Source: Chiloscyllium plagiosum (Eukaryota). From it: 64,000 bases of DNA. A program made the translations under genes and the position numbers. The stretch is taken from positions 5,253,516 through 5,317,515 of the forward strand of contig NC_057750.1 of the NCBI RefSeq assembly GCF_004010195.1, in the 5' to 3' direction. Positions 1-12,902 of the stretch are shown here, piece by piece; positions within the stretch are counted from its first letter, which is position 1; each line of letters opens with the position of its first letter. The notes below the pieces were generated by a model. The model was not told the DNA's origin. It saw only the letters and a program-made list of their open reading frames with translations, and did no database searches.

Positions 1-229
1 CTTGGTTACATGGAATAGGTTCAAGCGCCTGATTGGGCTCTGCCTGCTCCTATTTAACAGCTCGATGTGCTGACCAGACCCAACCTCTTCCTTGGAACAG
101 GCAGGAGAATTGAATGTGTTGTCCCTCTTCTTGATCAGTAATTTCGATGGGCTGAATAGCTTCCAAATATCAGTGCGTAACAAGCTTGAGATGCTGAATG
201 AGCTTCTCTTTTAACTGTGGAAATGTACA

Positions 230-700
230 GTATCTGTCCGTGCTGTTGTATGAATGTCACAGGCACTTTAACAGCACATGACTGAATTTTGTCCAGGTTT
301 TGCTGCACATGGACACAGATTGGTTCAGGAGCTGAGGGGGTGAGGGGCACATTGTTCTGAACATTGTGTGATCTTCAGTAACCCTCCCAACTTCTGATCT
401 TGTGATGGCGAAAGACATTGATGAAACAGCTGAAGGTGTTTGTGCTAAGGAACTAACCTAAGGATCTCCTGAAGAAATGTCCGGGGACTGAGAAGACTGT
501 CGACCATTGATCTCAAGCATCTTTCTTTGTACTCTGAAAGACCCCAACGAGTCGGGAGGTTACACCTAATTCCCATTCAGCTCAAATATATAGGTTGTCC
601 CGATGACACCCTCAGTCAAATATTGCCTTTATATCGTGGCCATTCACTCTTCCCTGAGCCCCTATGTTCAACTCTTGTTCATATCAATAGGTGACGGTGC
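230..700 (-). mobile_element. Degenerate LINE (CR1/L2-group) RT fragment
   Basis: Decayed RT-like sequence on the minus strand, with no intact ORF. Confidence 0.35.
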
Positions 701-704
701 ATTT

Positions 705-958
705 CTTCTCACAGAGGATAATAGCTTTAAATTAAGGTTGTGTAGGTATAGGACAGATGTTAGGGGTAGGTTCTTTACTCAGCGAGTCGTGAGTTCATGG
801 AATGCGCTGCCTGTGGGAATGGCAGAGTCAGAATCATTGGCGACCTTTAAGCGGCAATTGGATAGGTACATGGATGGGTGCTTAAGCTAGGACAAATGTT
901 CGGCACAACATCGTGGGCCGAAGGGCCTGTTCTGTGCTGTATTGTTCTATGTTCTATC
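705..958 (+). mobile_element. CR1 LINE 3' end
   Basis: Translates to FFTQRVVSSWNALP...TFKRQLDRYM (CR1 ORF2 C-terminus) and ends in a ttctatgttctat tail. Confidence 0.85.
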
Positions 959-2025
959 TTTTGTTAATATCACACCTTCAGTGTAAGCAAAGATCACGCA
1001 TCACTTCACACGAATGTTATCAGCCAAAGGTTTGTCATTGGTCCACAACAGGAGATATTAAGACTGAAAGCTTTTCGGATGGGGTGGCAGTAAGAGAGAG
1101 TGGGAGGAATGTAGACTAAAATAATAATGAAGCAGAAGTAACTAAGTAGACAATTAGGCGCAGGCCACAAGGGCTATCATAGGTCTATCTCTAACAGAGG
1201 GAAATCCAAGTAACTTGACATTTTAAAAACTCTTTCATGGGATGTGGGCATCATTGGCTAAGTCAGCATTTATTATCCCCTTGAGAGCACAAAGGTGAGC
1301 CACCTTCTTGAACAGCTGACATCCATATGGTGCAGACACACCTACTGCGCTGTTAGGGAGGGAATTTCAGGATTTGGCCCAGCAGCAGTGAGGCTGGTAT
1401 ATTTCCAGGTCAGGATGGTGTGTGGCTTGGAGCTGCACTTGCAGGTAGATTGAGGAGTGTAACTCCACATTAAACACAGGGAAAGGAAAGTAGACATGCT
1501 CCCCACCTCCGTGAACTAACACAGCCAGTTTGGGGATTGAATGCTCACCACTGGTGTAATTCAGTCCAACACTTGAGCCATTTGTTACCCAAGTTAACAG
1601 ATCTGCACCCCACAACAGAGGAAAAGGAATACCTTCATTTTCTTCCTTAAATCAAAAACAATCAAAAAGAAGAATGGAGCTGGGAAGTGACAGCATCTTA
1701 CAAGACCACCTGTCTACTTCAAGGCTGGAGTTTGGGTTTTTTTGTGGGGAGGGGTATGCGAGAGCAATAGAAAAAGCACGCACAAGTGTATTTTTTTAAA
1801 TCCCCATTGTCTTTTTACAGCCAAACTTTACAAGAATGTTCTTTCACTGTAAACACCAGCAGTGACTATGGACAGACACCAGCTCAAAACTATGAAGTTA
1901 ACAACAGGGACTTTCAGCATGCAGAGTAGAAAGCAAGTGGTCTCTAGCACCTGAACCAGCAAGTCACCCCAGGGCTTCAGCTTAGCAAGTCTCCACTGCA
2001 CTCAGTACACCTGCACATAACTTAC

Positions 2026-2101
2026 CTTCATCCGACAGACGCCTTGCCAGCTGGTTTTCTGCCCATTTAATCACAGCCTTCAGAATATCGTGTTCACTTG
2101 C
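2026..2101 (-). CDS. BTBD7: BTBD7-like gene, exon 5 (76 nt) ASEHDILKAVIKWAENQLARRLSDE; gene continues beyond the window start
   Basis: Long polypyrimidine acceptor ...cctcctttgcag and donor AG|GTAAGT. Phase 0 matches exon 4. Resembles BTBD7 ASEQDILKYLIKWGEHQL. Not in the ORF track. Confidence 0.92.
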
Positions 2102-3349
2102 CTGCAAAGGAGGGGTGGGGAGAGGAAAGGTGGGTGAGAGGTTGAGGGAAGAGGCACCATGTCAGCATCAGTATCACAGGTTTTATTTTAAAATTGTTCT
2201 CTTTTCACCCTCATTTCACAAAGGTACTCTCTCATGGGGCACAATTCTGCCAACAACAGCAACTTGCATTGAGATAGCACTTTAACATTATGAAACATCC
2301 CAAGGCACACCACAGGTATGTTATAGAACAAAATATCACACAAAGTCACAATAGAAATTATTAAGTCAAATGACCAAAACAGTTGAGCTTAGATAAGTGA
2401 CCTGAAGGAGGAAAGTGAGATAGAACAGCCGGAAATTTTAAGAGTATTGGGTCTCGGCAGCTGAAACCATGGCCACCAATAGTGGCACAATCAAAATCAG
2501 GAACACACAAAAAGGCCAGACTTAGAGGTCAACAGAGATCACAGAGGATTATAGGACTGGAGGAGATTATAGGGATGGGGGAGGCCATGGAGAGATGTGA
2601 AACGAAGGATGAGAATTTTAAAATCAAAATGACGCTCAGCTAGAAGCAAATGTGGATCAGTAGGTACAGAGGTGACAAGTTAAGACAAGGCCAGAGTTTT
2701 GAAAGACCTTAAAAGTTACAAAGGGCAGATGATGGGAGACCAACCAGGAGTGTCTTCGAATAACCAAGTCTACAGGTAACAAACAAACACACAAATGCTT
2801 CACCAAAAGTGAAACAGGGGCAAAGTTATAACAGGTGGAAACAGATCAACAGTCTCAGTGATGGTATGAGTGGTGCTTGAAATACAAGATCGTGAACGGA
2901 CATTAAGAATGCCAAACTTTTGTACCTTTGTACTTTTCTCTTGGGAAAAAAAGTTACCTGTAGTCCTCTAGTTCCATACCAGAGAGTAAAAAATTTTCAC
3001 CTACACCTCAGACAATAAGTGTCAACTGACCATCAGAGCAGAAAACTATCAAAACCATATCCTTTTACCTCCCCACTAGCTCAAATGGAGGATAGTCAGT
3101 GGCTGAAGCTGTAACTGACTCTCTTCGGCAGTCTAAGGCCATTCAAGCTACTCATTATTGGACTAGACACCCTAATGCTGCAAGACAAAATACAAGGGGT
3201 TACTGGTCATACTTCAAACTATACAAAGCTTGGTGCTCATTTCTAAATACCACATGTTAAAGGAAGTGCAGATACAATCACAAGAATAATACCTAAACTA
3301 AAAGGGTTAAATTATAAGGAGCAAATACATGAACCAAAATTGCATTCCC

Positions 3350-4125
3350 TAGAACACAGAACAAAGCCTGTTCTGACACATTTTGCCCTTTCCTACTAAA
3401 ACTGTCTTCATGGCCAGGATCCATATTCCTCTATTCCCTTCCTATGCATGCATTCGTCTAGCTGTTTGTTGAATGCTGCTGATGTGTCTGCTTCCACCAT
3501 CTCCTCTGGCAGTGTGTTCTGGACACCACCCTTTGAGAGGAAGACTTACGTCACACATCTTTTTAAACATCTCCCCCTTCTCTCTCCTCCATGCCCCTCC
3601 CAAAATAAAAAAAACCCACACCTTGAATCCATGTCCCCTAGTAACTGACCCCTCCAACCTGGGGAAAAAGCCTTATACTTTCCACTCTATCCAGGCCATA
3701 AACTTCTATCAGGTTGTCCCTCAACCTCCTGCGTTCCAGTGAAAATAAACCCAGTCTATCCAACCTTTCCTCACAGCCAAAATCCCCCATGCCAGGCAAC
3801 ATCCTGGTAAACCTTTTCTGTACCTGGTCCAAAGCATCCAGATCAGATCTGTATGCAATATTGCAAATGTGGCCTAACTAAAGTTCTACAAAGCTGCAGC
3901 ATAACTCAATACCCCTTCTAATGAACTTAAAATTCACACACCAGGTTATAGTCTAACAGGTTTATTTGGAAGTACTAGCTTTCAGACCACTGCTCCTTCA
4001 TCAGGTGCCAATGAAGGCAAGCATGTCTTGGGCCTTTTTTACTATCTTATCCATCTGTGCTATCACTTTCAGTGATGTATGAACCTACAAACCCCAGATC
4101 CCTCTGCATATCAATATTCCTAATT
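3350..4125 (-). mobile_element. CR1 LINE 3' fragment, interrupted by a short PLE at 3926-4007
   Basis: Minus frame VQKRFTRMLPG...RLGLFSLERRRLRDNLIEVY. Confidence 0.85.
3926..4007 (-). mobile_element. Short PLE pLTR fragment (family B) with minimal hammerhead motif
   Basis: Minus strand reads cac-CTGATGA-a-ggagc-agt-ggtct-GAAA-gc-TA-gta. Flanked by an aatgaa duplication inside the CR1. Confidence 0.7.
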
Positions 4126-4171
4126 TAGAAGGTTATGGGTGATTTGATCCAAGATTTGGAGTCTGGGGAAA

Positions 4172-4535
4172 TACAGTGGTGTAATGGCAATGTCACTGGA
4201 CTAGCAACCTGGAGCCCTAGGTTAATATGCTGAGGTCAGGGATTAAGATCCCACTGTGGCAACTGGTGAAATTTAAATCCAGTTAACAAATCTTGGATAT
4301 AAAAGGTAGTCTCAATTAACCTATTGTTGAAAACATTACCTGGTTCACTAATGTCCTTTAGGGAAGGAAATCTGCCATTCTTACATGGTCTGGCCTACAT
4401 GTGCCTCCAGATACAAATCATGTGATTGACTCTTATTTACACTCTGAAATGGGCTAAAATGCTTTTCAATTCAAGGGCAATTAAGGATGTGCAATAAATG
4501 CTAGCCTTGCCAGCGATCTCCATAGCCAATGAGAA
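4172..4535 (+). mobile_element. tRNA-headed SINE; related copies at ~33100-33465 (+), ~38130-38368 (-), ~56965-57295 (-), ~57705-57875 (+)
   Basis: All copies share the core ggttcactaatgtcctttagggaaggaaa and have a tRNA-like head where not truncated. Confidence 0.7.
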
Positions 4536-5901
4536 AAAAAGAGAAAAGGTATTAAGGGAAAATGAGAGGGGTCATAAAATCTACTTCTTTGACCCAGCCT
4601 TTGGTCACATGATCTGGTACCCCCTTTGTGACTCATACCATATTTCACTTTAAAAAGCACCTGTGAAGTACCTTGGGACACTTTATTGTGTTAAAAGGTG
4701 CCCAACAAATATGCTGTTGTAAACAAATTATTTTGCTGACTGGAGTGTTAGTATTAGGGGTACAGCCTAAAAATTGAGCCAGACTTTCAGGAGTAAACAT
4801 TTGTGCACACAAAGATAGTGGAAATTGAAATTCTTTTCCTAGAGTAAACTGGTGCTGTATAGATTGTTAATTTTAAATCCAACAAATCATTGGTTTCTGA
4901 TAACCAAATGTATGAGGGTTATGGGGCAAAGGCAAGTATGCTAAATTCAGTCATGACCGCACTAAATATCGAACAGGCTTGAGGGGCAAAACAACCTCTT
5001 CTGTTCTGATATACAGTGTGGATTCCAAAGAACTACCACAGTACAATGGGAAGAATAACCTCCACCTGTGCTGGATTATTCCATGATTCTATAATTTCAC
5101 ACTGATCAATTTATTCAGATCGTGATATAATAATTTCCTCAGCTTCATGTGAATGAGTTTTAAACAAAGAAAATTGTTACTCAGTGGGTCCTTGATTGTC
5201 TAGTGAACACAACTTTAACTAGTGATAGAAAGTGCAAATATAAATGTTCCACAGGCCCAGTATGGTGTACTGCAAAACATTTGAGGCTAAACTTGCAGGG
5301 CTAGAATTAAAACATCCCTGACTAATGATATAGTTCCATCAAGACAGTACTTTACATAAATAAAGCTTATTTTTCAGCGGCCTTCCCTCAGAGCATTTTA
5401 CATTCAAGAATCCTTTTGGATGCAACCAGACATGATTAGAGGGACAGAATAAAAACACTTCAAAGAAACTGGCTCAAAGGAAGAAAGAAGGAGATAGCAC
5501 GACAATCTTCTGATCAAAGAAATGCACAGCCCTCCTATGTACAGATTCTCTACTAGCCTAGACTAGTGTTCCTTCACTAACCCCTTCAACCAGACATACT
5601 CCAAACCACAAAAAAGTGTTGACTTCAAAGGTCTCTTGTCATTGAGCACAGTTAGCTCTCAACATTAAACACTCAGATGCTTTAAAAAAAGCAAATAAAT
5701 TGCACAACACCTTAAAGCACACCACAGGTGTCTTCATGTTGTATTAATCTCTGAATGTCGCAAGTAAAACAAAACCCTCATTTAAACAGCACACTTCATG
5801 GTCTTTGACTGTCCCGATATGCTTTATAGCCAATAAACTGTTGTAACATAGAAAACATAGCAGCAAATGTGGTGATACAACAAATCTGTTTTATTTCGAT
5901 T

Positions 5902-6104
5902 GAGTGTGCGGTGCTGGAAAAGCACAGCGTGTCAGGCAGCATCTGAGGAGCAGGGAAATCGAAATTTCGGGCAAAAGCCCTTCATCAGGTTTTTGCCCAA
6001 AACATCGACTTTCCTGCTCCTCGGATGTTGCCTGACCTGCTGTGCTTTTCCAGCACCACACTCTTGACTCTTCTCTCCTGCATCTGCAGTCCTCACTTTC
6101 CCCT
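5902..6104. mobile_element. Fold-back short PLE (family A)
   Basis: Inverted arms at ~5902-5975 and ~5990-6065. The minus strand has CTGATGA-a-GGGC-tttt-GCCC-GAAA at ~5960-5988. Confidence 0.75.
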
Positions 6105-6873
6105 GTTTTACTTTGATACTGACTGAGGGATGAATATTGACCAGGACAGCAGGGAGAGGTCTCCGGCTCTTCTTCAAAGCAGCACAATGGGGCACATGAA
6201 GCCATGGCTTAATATCTCATCTGTAAGACCACATCTCCCGCACTGCAGGTCTGCCTCAGGACTGAAGTGTTAGCCCAGACCACAATCGTCTGACTCAAAG
6301 GCGAATGTGCTACCCACTAACTCATGGAGCACACCAATGGCTGACAGTATCTTCTGCCTTATAAAGATCCCAGGACCTAGATTATCCAACAAAACCAAAG
6401 AAGAATTACCAAATTCACTTGTGCAGGCAAGCCAGATAGATCACTGAATATTCCAGCATGTCACAGAGAGCCAAGCACGTTGACTCCGTTGTTGCGAATA
6501 GCTAGTCCAGACCAGCAAGCTGACAGGTAATTTGCATTGGAGCAATGTAGAAGCAGCTAATACTAATCCTCACAGTGAAAGTGGATCAGAACAGAACGAC
6601 GCACATTTTAAACACAAACTTTTGTGACTGAAAATTCGATAAGCCTTTGCACCATTACATTTAAATTCTTTACCACAGTGAGTGTTTGAAGTAACTAGCA
6701 CAGTTGAATTTAAAGTGGAATAGTCAAGTCCTAGGAAGAAGACGGAAATAAAGGCTATGATGAAAAAGGAGGTAAAAAGGGAGGTGGTTCAACAGGTGCA
6801 CAAACACTGGCATTGGCTGGTTGGGCCAAATGGCCTGTTTCTGTGTGACATCTGTATAATCCTATGTACTAGA

Positions 6874-6947
6874 TAAGCATTTCATTGCATCATAGCTTAT
6901 GCCGATATATTAAGCATTTCATTGCATCATAGCTTATGCCGATATAT
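6874..6947. repeat. Perfect 37-bp tandem duplication
   Basis: taagcatttcattgcatcatagcttatgccgatatat occurs at 6874-6910 and 6911-6947. Confidence 0.95.
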
Positions 6948-7003
6948 TTGTTTAAAAAGGATTCATTGCTGTGGTTCTGTTCGCCGAGCTGGAAGTTTTT
7001 GTT

Positions 7004-7043
7004 GCAAACGTTTCGTCCCCTGTCTAGGTGACATCCTCAGTGC
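7004..7043 (-). ncRNA. Minimal type I hammerhead ribozyme motif (sense orientation in the BTBD7-like pre-mRNA)
   Basis: gca-CTGAGGA-t-GTCACCT-agac-AGGGGAC-GAAA-cg-TT-tgc. Stem I is GCA/TGC. Confidence 0.7.
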
Positions 7044-7163
7044 TTGGGAGCCTCCTGTGAAGCGCTTCTGTGGTGTTTCCTCCGGCATTTATAGTGGCCT
7101 GTCCCTGCCGCTTCCGGTTGTCAGTTTCAGCTGTCCGCTGTAGTGGCCGGTATATTGGGTCCA

Positions 7164-7810
7164 NNNNNNNNNNNNNNNNNNNNNNNNNNNNNNNNNNNNN
7201 NNNNNNNNNNNNNNNNNNNNNNNNNNNNNNNNNNNNNNNNNNNNNNNNNNNNNNNNNNNNNNNNNNNNNNNNNNNNNNNNNNNNNNNNNNNNNNNNNNNN
7301 NNNNNNNNNNNNNNNNNNNNNNNNNNNNNNNNNNNNNNNNNNNNNNNNNNNNNNNNNNNNNNNNNNNNNNNNNNNNNNNNNNNNNNNNNNNNNNNNNNNN
7401 NNNNNNNNNNNNNNNNNNNNNNNNNNNNNNNNNNNNNNNNNNNNNNNNNNNNNNNNNNNNNNNNNNNNNNNNNNNNNNNNNNNNNNNNNNNNNNNNNNNN
7501 NNNNNNNNNNNNNNNNNNNNNNNNNNNNNNNNNNNNNNNNNNNNNNNNNNNNNNNNNNNNNNNNNNNNNNNNNNNNNNNNNNNNNNNNNNNNNNNNNNNN
7601 NNNNNNNNNNNNNNNNNNNNNNNNNNNNNNNNNNNNNNNNNNNNNNNNNNNNNNNNNNNNNNNNNNNNNNNNNNNNNNNNNNNNNNNNNNNNNNNNNNNN
7701 NNNNNNNNNNNNNNNNNNNNNNNNNNNNNNNNNNNNNNNNNNNNNNNNNNNNNNNNNNNNNNNNNNNNNNNNNNNNNNNNNNNNNNNNNNNNNNNNNNNN
7801 NNNNNNNNNN
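7164..7810. other. Assembly gap (647 N) inside the PLE
   Basis: Run of n. Confidence 1.
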
Positions 7811-8260
7811 GTGTTTATAGTGGTGTGTCCCTGCCGCTTCCGGTTGTCAGTTTCAGCTGTCCGCTGTAGTGGTTGGTGTATTGGGTCCAGGTCGATGTGT
7901 TTGTTGATGGAGTTTGTGGATGTATGCCATGCCTCTAGGAATTCCCTGGTTGTTCTCTGTCTGGCTTGCCCTATGATAGTGGTGTTGTCCCAGTCGAATT
8001 CATGTTGCTTGTCGTCTTTGTGTGTGGCTACTAAGGATAGCTGGTCGTGTTGTTTCGTGGCTAGTTGATGTTCGTGGATGCAGATCGTGGATGTGGATGC
8101 GGATGCTCATCCACAAACTCCATCAACAAACACATCGACCTGGACCCAATATACCGGCCACTACAGTGGACAGCTGAAACTGACAACCGGAAGCGGCAGG
8201 GACAGGCCACTATAAATGCCGGAGGAAACACCACAGAAGCGCTTCACAGGAGGCTCCCAA

Positions 8261-8300
8261 GCACTGATGATGTCACCTAGACAGGGGACGAAACGTTTGC
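8261..8300 (+). ncRNA. Minimal type I hammerhead ribozyme motif
   Basis: gca-CTGATGA-t-GTCACCT-agac-AGGGGAC-GAAA-cg-TT-tgc. Confidence 0.72.
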
Positions 8301-8488
8301 AACAAAAACTTCCAGCTCGGCGAACAGAACCACAGCAACGAGCACCCGAGCTACAAATCTTTTCACAAACTTTGAAAAAGGATTCATATCCATTACAGCT
8401 ATTTATGGAAAATGTAGATATTATAATCTAACGTGCACAAAACCTAACAAAAGATAAACCAGTTAGCACACCGGCTGATTTGTATATA

Positions 8489-9303
8489 CAGAGGAACCTC
8501 AATTATCCGAACGAGATGGGCGGGTACTATTTCGTTCAGATAATTGATTGTTCGGTTAATTGATTTCCTCCCCTGGGACTCGGAGTTTTCTGAGAAGTCT
8601 GCTCCCCATTCAGGAGACTAGGCAGCAGCACACTGCGCACAAGACCCCTCCCCTTCCACTGCCTGCCCCTCCAACCCCATCCGCTCCCACCCCACCCCAA
8701 CCCCGTACGCTCTCACCCTGCCCCTCCACCTGCCCCCAACCCTGTCTACTCCCAACTCCATCTGCTTCCCACCCTGCATCTCCAACCCCGCCCACCTTCC
8801 AATCCCGTACTCTCCCACCCTGCCCCACCACCCGCAGCCCCAACCCTACAACCCTTTCCATCCCCACCCACCCTACCCTCTCTGGGGCAGCCAAACGGTA
8901 CACCAATAAGACTGCTGCTGCCTTTTTGGGTGGGGTGTAAGTCTCCAAATATGCGCGCACACACACAACCTTTTGACAGGTTCCACCTCTGCTCTGTATG
9001 GGAGAGATTATCTGGGGAAGGGGGGGTTTTGGGTTCACCCCTATGTAGACCTTCAGGGAATGTGTGGGGGGAGAAAGGGCGGGAGGGCAGTCATTTAGAG
9101 ACGGTGTCAGGACTGTCCAGGACTGTGCTCGGCAGCATTTCAGTGAACCGAGTTCGTTTCTAATCATTGTACCTGTAAACAAAAGATGCAATCAGGATTG
9201 AAACTTCTCTTTGACGTAATGTTTCTATCGGGATCTTGAGATCACCTTCGGATAATCTGATATTCGGATAATTAATATTCGGATTATCATCGAGGTCCCT
9301 CTG
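8489..9303. mobile_element. Non-autonomous Tc1/mariner-pogo (Tigger-like) DNA transposon
   Basis: TIRs cagaggaacctcaattatccgaa / ttcggattatcatcgaggtccctctg, with TA on both sides (8487-8488, 9304-9305). Subterminal ttcggataat repeats and a C-rich interior with no transposase. Confidence 0.8.
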
Positions 9304-12300
9304 TATACTTAGTGAAGAGAATGGTGCTGACTATAATACGTGACAATATTGAAACAATACTTGTTAAACAAAGTCTCAGTGAAGGGCTCTACATGAAACA
9401 GTGATTGACTTACTATGTATTTCCTGAATTTTCACGTCATACTCAAACTTCAAATTCAGTTGGTCAGTGCGCAGAGGGAACTCTACCTATCTGCACAGTT
9501 TTCTTTACAAGTTTCATGTGTTCAACCTGGGTTACAAATCAGTTGTGTAATACTTTTGCTTGCCTCAGCTAACACCGAAAGACATCAGATGACACGATCA
9601 TTTGCATCATTGCTTTCAGTAGGGATTTGGAAATGGCTACCATGATTCCAGCAATTATACTTTAAAAAGTAATTAATTGGCTGTAAAATAATCAAAGACA
9701 TAAAGAAAATGCAAGTCTGTTTGTTCATGGCCCAAACTATAGACTAGAGAGATAGTTCTACAAATTATTGCTCTTTCTGAAACAAACAGGCGCCTTTTGC
9801 AATTAGCAATGCCACAACAAAGACACCCTGGGTAGACAGGGTGACTTCAGGATCCAGATCGATTCAACTGTGTAAATACCATGCAAAAAGACATCCTTTA
9901 TCATTTCCTGTCATTATCAATTTTCTATTTCATTCTATTATTGCCAGTAACAGTGATGTGGTGTGAAGAAAGAAAGGGAGACAGTGTCACCGAAAACCTT
10001 TTAGTTCTTCTAATTGGAGGACAAAGTCATGAGGGATCTGGGCAGAGTAGATGGGGAAACATTTCCCACTGGTGGAAGGATAAAGTCCAAGGCAACCCAG
10101 GTTTATAGTGATTGGCATAAGCAACAGCAATATGAGAAAACAATATCTTGTACAGAAGCAGTTAGGATCTGGAATACACTGTCCATTTGCGGAGTGGGGG
10201 CAGATTACATCAAGGCACTCAAGAGAAAATTAGAGTGCTGTCTGTAAAGGAACAATGTGCAGGACCAGAGAAAAGGCACAAGGGACATTCAGACGCAATA
10301 GTCAGAATACCCTCCTCCCGTGCCACAATAGTTGTGATTCTCTTATTAACTTATGTGCGTTACTTAAATTCCGTCAGGATGTAGTTGTTGCCTGGCAAGA
10401 TTGGCATATGTTGCCCATCACCAGGTTTGCTGGGCCAATTCAAAGGACATTAGGAATCAGTCACAATGGTATGGGGCTGGAGTCGCACAAGAGATAAATT
10501 AGGTAAGAGGAGCAAGTTTCCATCCCGAATGAGCAATCTAGTCTACTGCTTTAAATCCAACAGCGATGTTTAATCCGTGGGTCACTGTGTATCTGTAAAA
10601 CAAAATTGCTTTCAAATTCTTAACTCACTACAGTGGCATGAAATCAAAAAATCTTTACACCATCAGTCCAGATCCTTGAACTATAAAAATAACAATACAA
10701 ACGATATCAAACCTTACTCATTATTTAGATACAGAGGCCAGAAACAACAATTAAAAGAAAACAGATTGGTTAATCTGTCTTTCACAGTGCTGATTGAAGG
10801 GCGGGGCAGGGTATGAGCTCCCCAGTTAAGAACACAAGAAGTAGGACGAGTAGATCATTTAGCCCTTTGAACCTCTTCTAGCATTATAGGATCATGACTA
10901 TTTTGCTACCACAAACCCATTTTCTCATCAGACATCATACCCTAAGTGTCTAAAAAAAGGGTCAAACTCTATCCTGCACATATTAAACATTCACTGCTCT
11001 CCAGGGCACAGAACTCCAAAGCTTCACAAACCTTTTCTCATCTCAGTTTGAAATAGTCCTCTCCTATTCGGAGGTATTTGGTTCCAGATTACCTGGGGGG
11101 GGGGGGGAAGGCATGCTGTTAGCATCCACCTTGTCAAGCCTCTTAATTCAATAACCCAAGATCACCCCAAATTCTAAATAAAAACAGCCCTACTCTACTT
11201 GATCTTCTCAATCCCCTCAGTGCAGAAATCAATCTAGTGACTTTCCTTGCACTCCCTCCAAGGGAAACGTCGCTTTCCCTAGATAAAGGAAAACAAAAAC
11301 TCTGTACTGTATTTCAGGTCCCAATAGCTGATACAATTGCAGTATTACTTCTTCACTGTTGTACTCCAATTCCTTTGAAATAAAGGATGATGTACCATTT
11401 GCTTTCCCAAATAAACAGGACAGTTCCATATTAACACAGCAGGTAGACAGACTGCTAGTTTATCATCCTCTCTACAGGACAATGACATTCCCCTAGGTTT
11501 GCAACAGCACTTCAACTTTTGCTATGTGCTGAAGTCCTGGTATAAGGGCACTACTTTCTGGCATTCCCTCAGAGCAACAGCAGAGTCAGGCAGAAGAATT
11601 AAACTTTAACAAAATGATACAAACTTACTCAAATCACTTCAAGAGCAAAACAAAATATTGGGTACTGTTACAGCAGAGGAGACGATGCTATTGAAGAAGT
11701 GGAACTTTGTACATTGCTGGGGCTGCCTGCAGGGATACATGTTGACCAAATTGGGACTAGGCGGTAATGAACCCACAACTTTGAGTCAGAAGGCAGCTTA
11801 AACTCCACAACTAGGAGCAGCAGTAATCAACGGCAGATTCCCACCTGGATTCCATTCTGAACTCCAGCATTGCCACTGGAAGTAATTAGCAAATAAGTAC
11901 TGGTGAGCATAGAAAGTACACCACTTAAAATCAAGTCATTTATTTGTCTCTAGCTAGGTCTTGGACAGTGTGCAGAAGCAGATTTGCTAGAATGATACCA
12001 AGGATGAAATTCTAGAGTTATGTGGCGAGACTGGAGAAGTTGGGTTTGTTCTCCTTAGGACAGAGAAATGTAAAAGAGAAATTTGGCAGAAAACTATGAT
12101 GAGCTTTTACAAATTAATCAAATAAAACCTGTTTCCGACAGCATAAAGGTTAGTTAGTAAATGACATAAATTTACATAGGGAAGAAATTTAAAAAAAAAA
12201 TAAATATAGCCAGGTATGATGCAAGTGCCATTTGAAAAGGATGATGAAGCAGATTCAAAGACAACTTCAAAAAGGACTTGGATAAATACTTTGCTAATAA

Positions 12301-12693
12301 ACTATTTGCAGAACTGTTGAAAAAGGAGGAGGAGGAGGAGGAGTGGAACTAAGCTGGTAGATCTTTCAAAGAGATGACACAGAAAAGATAGGCTTGAAAA
12401 TAATTTCCTGGATGATTTTTTGCATTCAATGTCATTTCGATTCTTTATTCACCTCAAATTGCTAACACCACCAGAAGCAAACTAAGATAGATAAGTTTCA
12501 TTCTTGTATTACAGATGTCAAAACTCTCCTATCAGACACAGCCCCAAGTAAAAATCTCAAGCATTTTTTTCTAAAATTCAACACAAATCAAAATTGCTTG
12601 GGGCACCATTTCTCTTTAACACATTTCTCTAAAGAGAACTTGAGGTTCCTGAAGAAAATCTGAACTTTACTAGTTACAGTGAGGGTCAAGTAC

Positions 12694-12902
12694 CTGCAGG
12701 TAATCTGACTGGATGGCAGCCATCAGGTGCTCCTTGCTCAGCTCATAGAGAATGTCAGAAGTGATGACGTTACTGAACTCCTCACAGAGGAAATGCAGCA
12801 TTTGCCGATGGACCCACTTGGATCCATATGGTTGAGAGCTCCACTTCAGAATAGCAACTAAAGAGTCCAGAGTGACACTCTCAACAATCAGGTCCTCACA
12901 GC
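12694..12902 (-). CDS. BTBD7: BTBD7-like gene, exon 4 (209 nt), BACK-domain region GCEDLIVESVTLDSLVAILKWSSQPYGSKWVHRQ...AIQSDYLQ
   Basis: Acceptor tttgttctctgcgcag, donor CAG|GTACTT, phase 1 to phase 0. In frame with both neighbouring exons, and the peptide is recognisably BTBD7. Confidence 0.95.

Larger units (their letters stand above)
6967..8374. mobile_element. Penelope-like element (family P) with inverted pLTRs and GIY-YIG C-terminal remnant
   Basis: 13-bp TSD aaaaaggattcat (6954-6966 / 8375-8387). 6967-7163 is the reverse complement of ~8141-8338. Minus frame ~8082-7815 reads IHEHQLATKQHDQLSLVATH...FDWDNTTIIGQARQRTTREFLEAWH...INKHIDL. Confidence 0.88.

Noticed and set aside
7070..8068. 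332-aa and 225-aa ORFs in the track
   Set aside because: Artefacts of translating through the N gap. The flanks are antisense PLE sequence.
8560..9191. Pro-rich and Gly-rich ORFs of 126-193 aa
   Set aside because: Low-complexity C/G-rich interior of a MITE with no transposase motifs.
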